Assembly (NCBI GenBank): GCA_963717465.1
Contig: OY970340.1
Location: 288,001-352,000, forward strand
Reading direction: 5' to 3'
Length of the DNA stretch: 64,000 nt
Origin: Candidatus Bathyarchaeota archaeon
GTDB lineage: Archaea; Thermoproteota; Bathyarchaeia; Bathyarchaeales; Bathycorpusculaceae
Each line of letters opens with the position of its first letter. Position 1 is the first letter of the stretch. Below, piece after piece: positions 63,055 through 64,000 of the stretch. A program made the position numbers and the translations under genes. The notes under the pieces were generated by a model, which searched no databases, was not told where the DNA came from, and saw only the letters and a program-made list of their open reading frames with translations.

Positions 63055-63095
63055 TAATTTCGATTAGTTCATTCTTGCCCTATTTTTTTTAGTGA

Positions 63096-63173
63096 CTTTC
63101 GATGTTCCCTTTGCTGGATTAAAGTGATTGCGCCTGATGCCCTTGCTAAATCTCGGTAGCTATGCTTGTAAAA
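63096..63173 (-). repeat. 78-bp fragment of the integrase gene (direct repeat of 50708-50785)
   Basis: 72/78 identical by manual alignment. Confidence 0.9.
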
Positions 63174-63539
63174 AACTTTTGATCCGAAAACCCTAACATT
63201 TTTAGGTGAATCCTAGCATGAGCTATTCAAAGTCCATCATAAAAGTTCGAATTTTTGGTAAATTTAGATAAAAATGTTCGTTTACTCTTGGTTCTCAAGA
63301 GCTTTGTTGAATTGTTTTATCTGTATATTATTTGCTAGGCAAATAAGGTTAATTCCAGCTGGTTCGTGTGATAAACATTCAAATTAAAAGAGAAACAAAG
63401 CAAGTTTCCCATCAGTTAGTATCAAGGAATTCTGTGTTATTTAGAGTCTGCACAAAATTTCTTATATCAATTCAAGACGTAATCAATTCATCGTGAATGC
63501 CAGGACTGGAATAGAGCTTAACCGTTCAAGGTATTCAAA

Positions 63540-64000
63540 ATGAGTGAAGAAGAATTAAATGCTCTAATTCAGGAAAAAGAAAAAGAACTGTTCTCTCTTA
63601 TTTCACAAATGGAAATTCTCCGCCTTGAATTCGCTAACGAGACAACTGATTTTGCAACAGATTGGTATCAGAAAAATGTCAAGATTTACATTATGAAATT
63701 CTCTGAAATTACGTTAAAAATGAAAGAAGAAAAAATTCATGAAATGAAAACCAAAGTCAACGAACTTGTAAGAGACGCTGATAAAATAGTGAGTGAAGAG
63801 CTTTCCAATCCTGAATTGTGGTGGCATCAAAGACCCAACTTGGAGGAATCAGCTTACTTGTACACTCAGGTTTCTGATAAATACCCTGAAATTCTTGATC
63901 GGGCAGTTAGACATATTCTGGGTCGTTTAGGGGTTATTCTGGAAGAGTTCGGTTATAACGTAACAACTCAAGCTAACTCCGGGGCGTATCCTGAATGCTG
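63540..64000 (+). CDS. Hypothetical protein (partial), paralog of 14122..14784
   Basis: MSEEELNALIQEKE..LRLEFA..ELSNPELWWHQRP..KYPEILDRAVRHILG; open to window end. Confidence 0.8.
   Translation, partial: MSEEELNALIQEKEKELFSLISQMEILRLEFANETTDFATDWYQKNVKIYIMKFSEITLKMKEEKIHEMKTKVNELVRDADKIVSEELSNPELWWHQRPNLEESAYLYTQVSDKYPEILDRAVRHILGRLGVILEEFGYNVTTQANSGAYPEC

Noticed and set aside
50708..63173. 12-kb excisable element bounded by the 78-bp direct repeats
   Set aside because: Interval holds rps8e, srp19, gltX and lipid-pathway core genes
1..64000. CRISPR array, rRNA or IS transposase
   Set aside because: No regularly spaced repeats, rRNA-like sequence or transposase motifs seen

Overview
Archaeal chromosomal window, most consistent with Bathyarchaeia (inference from rpS8e, SRP19, smc-scpA-scpB, an Aeropyrum-type mevalonate cluster, an intron-containing tRNA and general protein style). 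Many essential genes (metG, smc, scpB, gltX, GGPP synthase, srp19) carry 1-bp frameshifts, which points to uncorrected assembly indels rather than pseudogenes. Order: metG, bacterial-type metK, GNAT + ATP-grasp pair, tRNA-Gly(CCC) with a non-canonical intron, a small virus/plasmid-like relic, HtrA, tRNA-Glu, accessory genes, a kdpABC / glnA / APC-permease region with five HTH-less Lrp/AsnC proteins, a Cys-repeat peptide + radical SAM/SPASM cassette, smc-scpAB, a soluble MCP and two PAS kinases, an accessory block with a dispersed hairpin repeat, a dead integrase, rps8e/srp19/gltX and the mvk-ubiD-acnX-ipk-fni-idsA cluster. Best novelty candidates: (1) a two-gene RiPP-like cassette (core QGC-QGC-NGC-QGC; the radical SAM CxxxCxxC lies upstream of the called ORF); (2) a 27-bp operator-like motif (core TTCATA-N5-TATGAA) at fixed distance from TATA boxes of glnA, the APC permease, a kdp-linked Lrp domain protein and an unannotated 32-aa membrane peptide; (3) a promoter-plus-long-hairpin repeat family at 44-49.5 kb. 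All calls are by eye; no searches were run.
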